DNA of 63,539 nucleotides, the filler included, from Reclinomonas americana ATCC 50394 (lineage: Eukaryota): the NCBI GenBank assembly GCA_048213135.1. It is 15 parts of 15 records of this genome, joined end to end, with 100 filler letters (N's around TTAATTAATTAA, not from the genome) between each part and the next. Parts side by side here need not be neighbours in the genome. Positions count along the whole stretch, not along the records: positions 6,400 to 9,393 come from AFZH01023549.1; positions 9,494 to 13,120 come from AFZH01023550.1; positions 13,221 to 16,339 come from AFZH01023551.1; positions 16,440 to 26,550 come from AFZH01023553.1; 11 more parts are not named here. One strand, written 5' to 3'. Numbering within the stretch: the first letter of the stretch is position 1; each line of letters starts with the position of its first letter. The position numbers were made by a program, and so were the translations under genes. The notes beneath the pieces are model-generated. The model did no database searches. It saw nothing but the letters and a program-made list of their open reading frames with translations, and was not told the origin of the DNA. Shown piece by piece: positions 8,884 through 20,459 of the stretch.

Positions 8884-9393
8884 GAGTTCTTCTGTGCGGC
8901 GAGGGCGAACATGAGATGGGCAACCCTCGCGTTTGGGACGCAAGGGCAAACGTCTTTACTTCCGTTGACGGATGGATGCAGGCATTGGGGCGGCGCCTCA
9001 TCCAGCATCCCGTTGAATTTGAAATCCGGCTTCGTAAAGATTTGTTCTTGGAACAGCGATTGGAACGGCAACTTGGTGCTCGTCCCGCTGGTCACGGCCG
9101 CAAAGCAAAGCTCGCAAAATGGATCGGTGAAAACGAAGAGTTTGACGTCGTAATCTTCATGGTTGATGCAGACAGCAACGATGTTCGCGACTGGCGGCGC
9201 ATCGTATCAGAGATACAAGCCGGCTTCGATGCTTTAGCGGCGGGACCCGTTTCAGTTCCTTGTGTGCCAATGAGCGCATCAGAAAGCTGGCTTCTATCAG
9301 ATCCGAACGCATGGAGCGCAGTCGGTTTGCTTCGAAGGGGAGTTCTCCCGCTTCGGCCAGAAACAATCTGGGGCGTTCGCAGCGATCCTTTAG
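8880..9393 (+). CDS. TOPRIM-like DUF4276/DUF3226-type partner protein, truncated by contig end
   Basis: 'VLLCGEGEHE' (TOPRIM Glu), 'IFMVDADS' (DxD) and 'SESWLLSD'. GTGA overlap with the ATPase stop. Confidence 0.65.
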
Positions 9394-9570
9394 NNNNNNN
9401 NNNNNNNNNNNNNNNNNNNNNNNNNNNNNNNNNNNNNTTAATTAATTAANNNNNNNNNNNNNNNNNNNNNNNNNNNNNNNNNNNNNNNNNNNNACGTACG
9501 TCTCTCTCTCTCTCTCTTCTCCTCCTCTCTCTCCTCCTCTCTCTCCTCCTCTCTCCTCCCTCCTCTCCTC

Positions 9571-9609
<39 letters not shown>

Positions 9610-9908
9610 TTTCCTCTATCTCACACACACACACTCTATCTCTCTCTGTCTGTCTCATGTCTCCTCAGGCGCCATAGAGTCATTCATTCATCTCTTGCTC
9701 ATTCTCACCCTCTCCCTTCATTATACTCTCTTCCGCTCTCGCTCGTCTCCTTGTATCCTTCTTCATCGTTTTTGTTTGCTCTCTTCGCTCCGCGATCTAC
9801 ACCTGCCTCCCTCACCACCGTTCTTCTCACTTTTTTTGCTTTCCCTTTCCCACCCCTTGCCCACCTTTCTCTCCTTCCCTTCCCCTTCTGCCCCCCTCCC
9901 TCGTCCAG

Positions 9909-11855
9909 GATCTGCTGGACCATCATCGCACGCAGTGATGATTGGTGTGGATGAATCGGGACAACCGCTGGGCCCGTGGCGCTTTGAAAAGTTGCAGCTG
10001 CTGGGGCGTGGCGACGTGGGCAAGGTGTACTTGGTGCGCGATCGAGTCAACGGGCGTCTCTTCTCCATGAAGGTGATGACCAAGTCGGAGATGATTAGCA
10101 GAAATAAGGTCGGTCTCTCTCTCTCTCTCTTCCGCACTTCACCTCCCCGCCGTGGTATGTTCACTCTCCTTGCGCGCGCGTGTGTGTGTGTAGGTCAAGC
10201 GTGTGCTGACAGAACGCGAGATTCTGGCGACCGCCGACCATCCATTTATTGTGACCATGTACTACAGCTTCCAAAGCGAGGATCGGTGCGCATTCTCCGC
10301 GCACACGCATGCTCCTACTCTCTCCCCTCCCTCATTTTTTTTACATTGCAGGTTGTTCTTTGTGATGGAGTACTGCGCCGGCGGCGAGTTCTTCCGTATG
10401 TTGCAACAGCAGCCTGGTCGTCGGCTGAAGGGTACGCGCTTCTGAATTCCACTTGCCCTTTTTTTGCCTTGCTCATTTTTTGGCAGAGGATGTGGTGCGT
10501 TTTTATGCGGCCGAGGTGCTGCTGGCACTCGAGTACCTGCACATGATGGGCTTTATTTATCGAGGTCCGTGGCCGTTCACCAACCCTCAGTGCCCGCCCG
10601 TCTGGTCTAAGCTCGCGTCGCACAGATCTCAAACCGGAAAACATTCTGATTCACGAGAGTGGTCACATAAGACTGGTGGACTTTGACCTCAGCAAGCAGA
10701 GCGCCACCAACCCCAAGGTGGTGTTCGCGCAGGGCGGTCCCAGTTTGGACACGCGGCAGCTGCGCACCACCAACTCCTTTGTCGGGACGGAAGAGTACCT
10801 GGCACCGGAGGTGATTGAGGGCTTTGGCCACACGAGCTCGGTCGACTGGTGGACGTTTGGCGTCTTGTTGTACGAGATGCTGGTGCGTGTGTATGTGTGA
10901 CTGCGTGCCGCCATCAATTGATATCTTCTCACACGCCACCCCGTCGGGCCTCGCAGTACGGGTGCACACCATTCAAGGGCCACTCGCAACACGAGACATT
11001 TGACAAGATTCAGCGCTCAGAATTGGTCTTCCCCAAGGATCCGGCGGTCAGCAAGCAATGTAAACAGCTCATTCGGCAGCTGCTGGATCCAGACCCAAAG
11101 ACGCGCCTCGGCAGCGAGTGTGGTGCCTCCGACGTCAAGAGACATGCCTGGTTCAAGTCCATCAACTGGGCTCGTTGCGTACACGCACACACAAGCGGTT
11201 TGTGTCTTCTCCGAGCTGACACCACCTCTTCCCTCGCAGTGATCCGCAACATGGAGCCACCAATCGTGCCGGAGCTGACACACGAGCTCGACATGCGACA
11301 CTTCCGTGTCCTCCGAGATTCGTCAGAGTGGTACGTGTGTGAGGAAGGAAGTGGGTGGGTTAATGGGCAGAGTTTATTCACCCTCGACGGCTCGCGCAGG
11401 TCATCTACACCACCACCAGCCGGCGGCACCGCAGCGGCTGACGAGGGCTCGTCTACAGGGCTTACCACTGAATATGTTGCGTCGCCATGAGTTTTTTCTT
11501 CGGTGCTGGAGCGTCTGTGCCCGACTCACACACTCGTGACTGCAGTCGGAAACCACTGGACAGGACGAACTCACCGACGCGTCGGCCACCGGAGCCGCCA
11601 GCGGGGCCGGAGGTGCGAGTGGCAGCGGAGGCCCGGGCGATCGCTCCGTGTCACCGCCGGGGACACCAAATCCGGCTGCCCGGTGCGTGTGGGGTCTCCG
11701 TTGCTCTTTTCTATCTTACACTCATACGCGCGTTGTGCAGCACTCCGTCATCGCCAACAATGCCGAGCAATCTCTTCTTGGACGACGAAGACCCGTTCCG
11801 AGATTTCGAGTCCGTCGGCCATCGAGCTCGCCGCGACACCTACGGTCGCGACTAG
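9909..11855 (+). CDS. Eukaryotic AGC Ser/Thr kinase, Kin82/Fpk1/Nrc-2 (phototropin-kinase-related) type, multi-exon
   Basis: Removing GT-AG introns 10109-10193, 10286-10351, 10432-10486, 10565-10625, 10883-10956 and 11174-11239 restores [28 protein letters not shown] and [11 protein letters not shown]. The 5' and 3' exon limits are approximate. Confidence 0.92.
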
Positions 11856-12148
11856 TCTCACGGGGCGTGAGGGAAAAAAAGAGAGCGAGTGTCTGCGTTC
11901 TCCTCTGCTTTCTTTCGTTGTCGCGCGGCCTAGTTCGTGTGAGAGGAAAGAGCGGAGAGTGAGCAATGCAGAAAAAACGCCAATGTGACTTTGCGCGCGA
12001 AATTCTCTTGGACAACAACTCGCGTCTTGACACTTTACTTCACAGTCCGCGTCGTGCGCGGGTCGGGGTGTGCGTCTATACACACACACACACACATACG
12101 GACGCACACCGACGAAAACCCCAAGGAGCCTCCCCGTGCATACGACAA

Positions 12149-13120
12149 ATGAGCAGTGGTGCATCCGCACCTGCAGCACGAGTGATTCTCTCTTCTTCTT
12201 CTTCTTCCTCCTCCACTTCTTCTTTGCCTTCCTCGACATTCCCAGGCACCCGGTCGGTCTCTCCACACAAGGCGCCACGACAGCGACGAATCACATTCAC
12301 CGACGACATGCGCAGTGGTGACTCAGAGAGCAGTGCGCCTCACAATAGTGGTGACAGTGCTGCTGCTGCTGCTGCTGCTGTGAGCAGTAGTGGAGGCGAT
12401 CTTGTTGCCACGAGCAGTGGCAGTGGTGGTGTGGTGGTGGTGGACAGAGGCGAGGAGTCTGTGAACGCGGATCTCTTGTGGTGCAGCGATGCAGTGGTGA
12501 CGGTGGTCAGTGTGGTGTGGACGGTGATTGTGGCGACGGTGTATGTGTGGGCGTGTCGGCGAGGTGCCATTGACCATGGAATGATCTTGAGTGTGGCTGG
12601 TGAGTGCTTCTCCTGTGTCTCTCTCTCGCTTACTCGCGCCCGAGCTCATTTCTGCTGGCGGACATGCAGTGGAGCGACTGGCGGTGGCGGATCCGCCGGG
12701 TTACCCGCTGTTGTGCATCGTGTGCAAGGTGTTTGCCACGTTGACCAATCTCCTTCTTGGCTGGTCGACGGTGTGGAGCGTCAATGTGCTGCAGTGTTTG
12801 ATGGTGGCGGCGGCCGGCGGCCTCTTCTTCCACTCCACGTGCAAGTTGGTGCGCAACAACCTGCTGGTGGCGCTGCTGGCCTCGACGGTCATGTGCTTCA
12901 AGTTGCGCGGGTGCAAGAAAGAAATAATGCTTGAATGCTTGTCGCTCACATGCAAGTCGCAGTGAGATCACGTGGGACACGGCCACTGGTGGCCTCGAGA
13001 CGCAGGGCCTCAGTTGGCTGCTCACGGCGGCCATGTATCATCAGTTTATCAAGTTTTCTAGATTGCTGAGTCGCCACCACAAGGACGGCGGCTCCGACGG
13101 CGGCGTGTCGTGGATCCTGC
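12149..13120 (+). CDS. TMEM260/DUF2723-like GT-C glycosyltransferase, N-terminal exons
   Basis: The spliced product reads 'IDHGMILSVAVERLAVADPPGYPLL...VNVL...FNEITWDTATGGLE', matching the DUF2723 'DSGE...AHPPGYPL' pattern. Confidence 0.7.
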
Positions 13121-13220
13121 NNNNNNNNNNNNNNNNNNNNNNNNNNNNNNNNNNNNNNNNNNNNTTAATTAATTAANNNNNNNNNNNNNNNNNNNNNNNN
13201 NNNNNNNNNNNNNNNNNNNN

Positions 13221-14030
13221 GAGAGAGAGAGAGAGAGAGATAGGGAGGGACAGAATGCGAGGGAAGGAGGCAGGGAGAAAGAAGAGAGCGGGAAGAGGGA
13301 GGGCGGGAGGGAGAGAAAGAGGAAAGAAAGAGAGTAGGAGAGACGGAGGGAGGCAAGGGAAGGAGCGGGAGGGAGAGACCGAGGAAGAGAGGGACAGAAA
13401 GGGAGAGAAAGAGAAGAGAGGGACAGAAAGGATGGGAGAGAAGGAGAGAGAGCAGAAAAGGGTCAGAATTGGAGAAATGGAGAGAGTGGGGGCAGAGAGA
13501 AACACACAGGCAAGAGGGAGGGAGAGGGAGTAAAAGGGAGGGAAGGAAAGGAGAGACTGACGAAGAGAATGAGAGGGATAAGGAGAGTGGGGAAGAGAGG
13601 GAGGGAGGGAGGGAGAAAGAAGAGAGCGGGTAGAGGGAGGGCGGGAGGGAGAGAGAGGGACAGGAAGGAAGGGAAGAGAGTGGGAGAGACGGAGGGAGGT
13701 AAGGGAAAGAGCAGGGATGAGAGGGAGGGAGAGACCGAGGAAGAGAGGGACAGAAAGGGAGAGAAAGAGAAGAGAGGGACAGAAAGGATGGGAGAGAAGG
13801 AGAGAGAGCAGGAAAGGGTCAGAATTGGAGAAATGGAGAGAGTGGGGGCAGAGAGAAACACGCAGGCAGAAGGAGCGGAGAGGAGAGAGACAGAGAGGGA
13901 GAGAGGGAGGGAGAGCGGGGAAGGGACAGAAACTGAGAAAGTGGGGGCAATAAGAGACGACAGGCAGGGAGAGAGACGACAGGCAGGGAGAGATAAGACA
14001 GACAGGGAGTGAGGAGTGAGAGAAAGGGGG
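13221..14030. repeat. Purine-rich (GA) low-complexity tract with an internal direct duplication
   Basis: A ~130-bp block starting 'gagaccgaggaagagagggacagaaagg' occurs at 13375 and again at 13731. Confidence 0.85.
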
Positions 14031-14074
14031 AAATGCTACGCTGTGATATTCTTCTGCCTGATCGTGTTCCTGGC

Positions 14075-15205
14075 AGACGATCCCCCCAAGCCACCAAGCC
14101 GACTCGCTCAACCTGGTGGCCCATGCGGTGCTGAAACCTCTGCCGTACGGTGCGGTGGTGTTGACGTCGGGCGATATTCTCGGCATATCGTTGCATTTCG
14201 CCGTGCGAGTCGAGAACTATCGCAGTGATCTCTTGCTGATGCCAGTGACGATGCTCCCGCGCACGTGGTGGGTCACCAAACTGACCACCTACAATCACGA
14301 CATGCAAATCCCGATGGAGAGGTTGGCGGACGGTCGACTGGCGGTCTCCATGGAAGCACTGATTCGCATGAACTCGCACCGACCGTTCTACGCCTTTGAC
14401 CAGCTGGACGAATGTTGCGTTTGAGATCACCAGCTTTTGCACTCCGCTGTTGCATGGTGTAAATCCTTGTTGCAGGGAGCATTTGGATCCGCCAGGATGA
14501 ATTCGTGTTCCGCTACGAGGGCCTTGCCACTCACGTCGTTACGTGCCTGTGACCGCGCAGTTTCTCTCGTGTGACTAAAACCGCCCGCCCCTGCACACAG
14601 TTCCTGAAGGCCGAGGCCCCGAAGGACGTGGCAGCGTTCTACCGCTCCATCCCCTCCGACGCCATGCCGAGCGTGGCCGACGTCGGGATCGCGAATTCGG
14701 CGCTGGGGCCACCGTTGCCAGCGCTGGACGAGCAGGTCCGCCACATTATTGCTGTGCGCTTCCACCGACGTGCCGTGTCGCTGCTCAGAGTTGCGTCGTG
14801 TGTGGTGGACGTGCAAGGGAGGGAGGTGATGTGTACTGAATGGGGAATGAGCAGCTCGTCGAAATGATGCCCAGGCAGCCGGAGCACGCAGCACTGCTGC
14901 GCGACATTCGCTACTGGCTGGAGGACGTGAGCTCGGCGTTTAGTGTGGGCCCGCGAGAACCGGCCGTGTCGCGCAACCTGGCCGTCGTGAACGCCTTCCT
15001 GGCCGAGTGCGTTCCCGCGGAGCAAATGCCGGACGCCGACACCCTGCAGCGCATCGTGCGTCACTCGCAAGACTACCTCGCCAGCCAACCCAATCTGCAG
15101 ATCGACGATCGGCAACGAGTCACCAACATCATTGCGCTGGCCTCGGCCAAGCTGCGCCGCATCGCCGACACAGAACGTGAAGCACGCATGCAGATCGCCC
15201 AGTGA
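14075..15205 (+). CDS. TMEM260-like protein, C-terminal exons (boundaries approximate)
   Basis: 'VLKPLPYGAVVLTSGDILGISLHFAVRVENYRSDLLL' resembles the TMEM260 luminal 'LP..AIILLRGD...SLRY...R.D' segment. Confidence 0.6.
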
Positions 15206-15845
15206 AATGAAAAGGCAAAGCAAAAAGAACATGTAACACCAGCATTGCGAAGCATCGACGATGCAGAATCCCCAGAGAACACAGCACCAGCAAATGAGCG
15301 AAAGACGCCAGCACTGCGCCGCATTGCCGATGTAGAACGTGAAGTGCGCATGCAGAACGTGAAGCATGCAGATCGCCCAGTGAAAAGAAAACAGCATCAC
15401 AACGCCAGCAAAGAGAGCATGTGACATCAGCATTGCGAAGCATCGCCGATGCAGAAAGCCCAAAGAAAGAGAAAAAGAAAAACAGTGCATATGAGCGTAA
15501 GACACCATCAGTGCGCCGCATTGCCGAAGCAGAACGTGAAGCACGCATGCAGAACGCCCAGTGAAAAGAAAACAACATCCGCCAGCAAAGAGAGCATGTG
15601 ACATCAGCATTGCCGATGCAGAATGCCCAAAGAACACAGCACCAGCAAATGAGCGAAAGCTGCGCCGCATCGCCGATGCAGAACGTGAAGCACGCATGCA
15701 GATCGCCCAGTGAAAAAAGAAAAAAGAACAACGCAACAAAAAGAGCATGTGAAACCAGCATTGCGCAGCATCGCCGATGCAGTACGCCCAGTGAAAAGAA
15801 CAACAGCCAGCAAAGAGAGCACAAGACACCAGCACTGCATTTCCA
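15150..15845. repeat. Degenerate mosaic tandem repeat (~150-180-bp units, 4-5 copies)
   Basis: Recurring blocks 'gcagaacgtgaagcacgcatgcagatcgcccagtgaaa', 'cagcattgcgaagcatcgccgatgcag' and 'gccagcaaagagagcatgtgac'. Confidence 0.85.
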
Positions 15846-15860
15846 ACAACACCACCGGCC

Positions 15861-16160
15861 TCACGCCGACAACAGCCGATACGCATCGTAGAGAATGTAG
15901 TCGGTCTGCCCGTCCTTGGCCAACAAGAACTGCTCGGAAAACACCCGACTCTTGTTCTCTGCAAACTCCACCGAGCCGCTGACCAGCACCAGCTTGGCCA
16001 CCTCTCCGCCCACAAACACCGGCTGGCAGTCGAACGCCGTAATCACGTGCTTGGAGAAGGGCAGCTGTTGCTGGAAGAAGGCATCAATGTTGCGGCATCC
16101 CGTGTACGGTGTGCCATCCCACACCAGTGTGGAGTTGTCGCGGTATAGTTGCGCCACATC
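15861..16160 (-). CDS. NTF2-related export protein (NXT1/p15-like), last exon
   Basis: 'LYRDNSTLVWDG...LPFSKHVITAFDCQPV...VSGSVEF...FSEQFLL'. Preceded by a pyrimidine tract and CAG acceptor. Confidence 0.85.
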   Translation of the reverse strand, partial: DVAQLYRDNSTLVWDGTPYTGCRNIDAFFQQQLPFSKHVITAFDCQPVFVGGEVAKLVLVSGSVEFAENKSRVFSEQFLLAKDGQTDYILYDAYRLLSA

Positions 16161-16260
16161 CTGGAGAGGGAAAGGGTGAGAGGGGAGGGAAAGGAGAAGG
16201 ACGAGGGAGAAGGACAAGAGAGAGGGAGAGAGAGGGAGAGAGAGAGAAAGAGAGAGAGAG

Positions 16261-16315
<55 letters not shown>

Positions 16316-16439
16316 GCGACGTACGTCGTTCGTTCGTTGNNNNNNNNNNNNNNNNNNNNNNNNNNNNNNNNNNNNNNNNNNNNTTAATTAATTAANNNNN
16401 NNNNNNNNNNNNNNNNNNNNNNNNNNNNNNNNNNNNNNN

Positions 16440-16803
16440 GGGGATGTGGTTCATGGTCGCGCTGATGAACAGTCTGGCGGCGTGGTTCATCTGGCTGGAC
16501 GGCGCCTTCACCAATCAGTGGAAGGTGCTGTCGCTGTACTTTGCGCTGATGGTCGCGATTTGCATCTGGCCCGACGCCACCTTCCGCTCGCCCAACTACA
16601 AGCTGGGCATGATCTGGGGGATTGTGTTGATTCTTCTCGGCATCCTCACCGCCGTCTTCTTTGGCCTGCAAGTCAGGTTCTCCGGCGCTCTCATGGCTCC
16701 CTTTTGCTGTGTGGTGCTGTATGCGGTGATTGTGCTGCTGAACCTCAAGTACGTTCTCAAGCCACTAGTGCCGGGGCCGGATGCCGGGATCTTCATGCAA
16801 TGA
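16440..16803 (+). CDS. Eukaryotic multi-pass membrane protein, C-terminal fragment
   Basis: About four hydrophobic helices with C/G-ending codons. Frame is open from the contig start. Confidence 0.55.
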
Positions 16804-18446
16804 TGGAGATGAGGAGAAGAAAAAGGAAAATAAAGGAGCTTGTTTGTTGTTGTAGCTCTTGTTGGCTTTGAGGGTGGATGTAGACAATTTCACAGCAGCG
16901 TAAATGATCATGGTACATCATGGCAGTCACCTTGATGGACAGCGAGGAGAGGCGGCAGACACACAATGAAAAGGGTCACGATATTCGCGATCCAGCTGAA
17001 TACCATAACCATCTTCACCGGCTTCTCATCATCCAACACTGCAACAAGCTCATCAGCGTTGATGCTGGCACGCAACACCACTCAAAAGATTGTTGCCGTT
17101 GGAGCACTCACCAGCACGAGCACTCTCCGCCTTCGAATTCGATGGCAACCTTGCAATCTTCAAGCAGAGTGACCAGCAAGTGCTCCACCGTGTATCAAGC
17201 ATCGGCGGCCACGAACGCGTCGACGCGACCTGCAGCAGCTCCAGCCATGAAAAGGCGGAGGTACGACTCCTTCTGTTGCACTGTTCGAACAACTCAATCA
17301 GCAGCGGGTGACACATACAAGACAGATTTTCAGCAGCTCAACTAATCTGCTCCACGTTGACTGCATCTGTCGGCTTGGGCGCAACTGGCACGGCTTGCAG
17401 ACGAAAAGCTGGCGCAAACGCTTCCGCTTGTTCAGGTGTCAGCGCGCGTCACTGAAAACTCGTCACCATCGGAATCACTTTTCTCCTCCTCGTGCTCGAA
17501 CGCACGCCGACTTTCCCACACCGCCTCAGAGTGTGCATACTGAAAGTCGAATGCCCACTGCTGGCCGCTGGTATCCTCAAGCAGCTGGATGTGCACCAGT
17601 GGCACAGCAGCGGCAAGAGTGCGTGCCTCGCTGGGCTCGAACAGCGCACCACCGCGCTCGTCGGTCACCCGCAGAAATTCCTCCAGTGCCAGCTCGAAAG
17701 TCTTTACCGGCCCGACAACAGCGGCCAGCCGCACCAAGCGACGGAGACGAACGCCACAGTGCATCATGAGCGAGGCCTTGCGAGTCAACTCGTCGCGCGA
17801 CTGACCGGCCAGAGCAGCACACAAGTATTCCAGGCCTCCGTGATCAATCTGCTCGTTAATGTCGGTCATCATCTGCTAACACGAAAGGTTAACAGTGAGT
17901 TTCTCCAGTGTTTGCGAGCGTTGCCGCCATCATCTTCCACTGCCTCATGATCAGGAATGATGTTCACGCACTTGCGCAGAGAGATTTTGCGTGGGCATCA
18001 CACACGCACTCTCTCACACGCACACACACATACAACACACATCGCCAGGCGTACACACTCACTCGCAAAGTGATCATTGAGTCTACCTGGAGTGCACTAG
18101 GAGAAATCTACATAAGACGCCGATCCCCATGGCCACAGTGACCAATCACCCTCATTGTGGTACACTGACCTGTGGCACCTCAACTTAACAGGACCTCCTG
18201 CGTGCTGCATGCGCGTACGACGCAGCGTCAGTGAGCGTTGTGATGTCGTGATATGAGGTATCCGTTGGTCCGAACAGGAAGACGAAAATTAAAGGTGACA
18301 AGTCGTGGTGTGAAAGGGGGAGGAGGAGGAGGAAGGAAGAGTGGTGGGCGATGAACATGAAAACCAACATCTGCATTTGCTCCACGCAACAAAAAGCGCA
18401 ACCCGCCTTCACTCGCTACCTCTCACTCTACTCCTCGCCCTCGTCT

Positions 18447-19613
18447 CTACTCCACCGCCACCACACCATTGTAGTGCTCTCCAGCTGTAAACATGCGCAG
18501 ATGGTACGACAGGCGAATCGTCCGCTCATCACGATTGCCGTCGCCAAACGAGAACCCGCTCGTGCCCGCCTGATACACCATCACGCGACACTGCAGCGCG
18601 TCGGCCAGCGCCTGCAGCTCCAGGTGGCCACCCCAGTCACTCGACGACTCCACCATGCGGCAGTAGCCCTCGTAGGCCTCGTCCGTCAGCGGCCCACTGC
18701 TCTCGTCTTGCTCCTCGGCGGCCACAAACGGACCAAACTGATCGCGATGAGCACGCAGGTGCGCAGCCACCAGCGCACGCACCGTCAGGTGCGTCGATTC
18801 ACCGCCACCACCGAGACCGAGCCGATTCATCTGGTCGGCCACGGCCCGATACAGGCAGTGGCCATCGGAGGGGACCTGCAATGGAAGCATGAGCGAACAC
18901 AGAAGAAGGACGTTTACGCCTCCCCCCTTCCCAGAACCGCACCATCTTCACAGTCAGGCCGAGCGGTCTCAAAATCTCCATCAGCACCGCCATCTCCCGC
19001 TCGCCCGGCGACACATGCGACGCCAGCAGACGGTCAAACTCTTCTTGCGCCGCTCGCTCCTCCGCCAGTCGCTTCTCACGTCGTCGCTGACTACGCGTCT
19101 TCCCATCAGATGCTGCTGCTGCTGCTCCAGTGGTGTCTGCAGCAGCAGCAGTGGTGGTGGTGGTCGTTGTCGTTGTCGAGGAGGAGCTTGACGCAGCAGT
19201 CTGATATGAGAGAGAGAGAGTGAGTGAGTTGCCTCATTGTGCGCATTCTCTCTCTCTTTCTCCTTTGATGATTACCATGGCTGCAGCCGCATCCAGTGCT
19301 TCCACCTCTGCCTGTTGCTTCCCACGCAGCACCTCCTCTGCCTCCTTGGCCTCCTTTTGTAGCGCCTTTTTCGCGTTCTTGTCCTTTTTCAGCGCACGGC
19401 CCTTCTTGTCGAACTCGTCGCGGAGTGCCTGTTGGCAGCGACTGAGTGAGTGAGTGAATGTGCACAGAGAGAGAGAATGCTCATTGTGACCTTGATTTCG
19501 CGCTTGTGTCGCTGCAGCATTTTGCCGCGCGATTCGCTGCCGCCCTCTGTCTCCTCCTCGCCCTCCTCATCCTCCACTTCGTCGCCTGATGACGCGTACT
19601 CGTCGTCGCTCAT
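18447..19613 (-). CDS. OTU-domain deubiquitinase (OTUD6B/Otu2-like), multi-exon
   Basis: Catalytic 'VPSDGHCLYRAVADQ', 'WGGHLELQAL' and 'GEHYN'. The N-terminus has 'MLQRHKREIK' and a Lys-rich coiled coil. Confidence 0.9.
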
Positions 19614-20459
19614 GGGTCGTGCTTGCTTGCGTGGAAATGACTTGTCCCACGCGAGGGAGTTTGACGTTTACTGTGGTTCGAGACATGTGTGGTCGTGGTG
19701 GTTTCGGGCATTGGCGATAGTGCCGTGCTTGAGAGGCTGCAAGCAGTTCTGTGCATTTTTTTGAGGAGGTCTGGAAGCACATGAAAGCAACTTCGAATTC
19801 GAAAATGCAGTTTTTGACTGCAGCGGCAACGACAACAACAGCAGCAACTTTACTAATCCAAACAGCTACATAGCTGCATGGTGATCACCTCTTGATTGAG
19901 CACCAGAAACTCAGACATCACGGAAACGGAGAGGAATTCGAATGTCAATCGCGACGTCGAGATATCGAAATCGACGACAATAACAACAGCAACAACTTTA
20001 CTAATCCAAAAAGCAACACAGCTGCATGATGATCACCATCTTGAGTGAGCACCAGAAATTTAAACTCAGACATCACGGAAAAAAAGCGAGAAAAAGTCGA
20101 GATGGCGAATGCTGGCGTTTCTTCAAGAGAACCACGGCTCGTGAGTTGACAACTGCAGGTTTTGCAATTGACTTCAGTGGCAGCGCACGGATAGAATTCT
20201 GGACGACGATGTATATTTCCGCAAAGAAGAGAACCAAGGAAAAGTCGTGCCTGCTTCGACTTCGGCTGCAAAGAATTCGATCGCGAATTCACCGGCTTTG
20301 TTTGAGACGGGTTTCCCACTTTCTGCAGCGGCGGCGCAGCCCCACTCGTCTCCCTAGCTAGGGTTCCTATCCTGCCTGGCACAATGCGCGCGGCGCTGCG
20401 GTGCGCCCAGCAATTCAAATTGACTTAACAACAACAACAACAATTCATTCACCAACAAA

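Noticed and set aside
13173..14186. Long Leu/Ser/Pro or Arg/Glu/Gly ORFs (also near 26200-26470 and 43620-43830)
   Set aside because: They are translations of GA/CT microsatellite tracts that lack stops by composition.
15150..15845. CRISPR array
   Set aside because: The 'spacers' are themselves repeated and the units vary in length. The context is eukaryotic and there are no cas genes.
20352..20363. Perfect palindrome CCCTAGCTAGGG near the LINE remnant (possible ribozyme or element end)
   Set aside because: It is a single 12-bp palindrome with no partner end, and I could not fold a convincing ribozyme.
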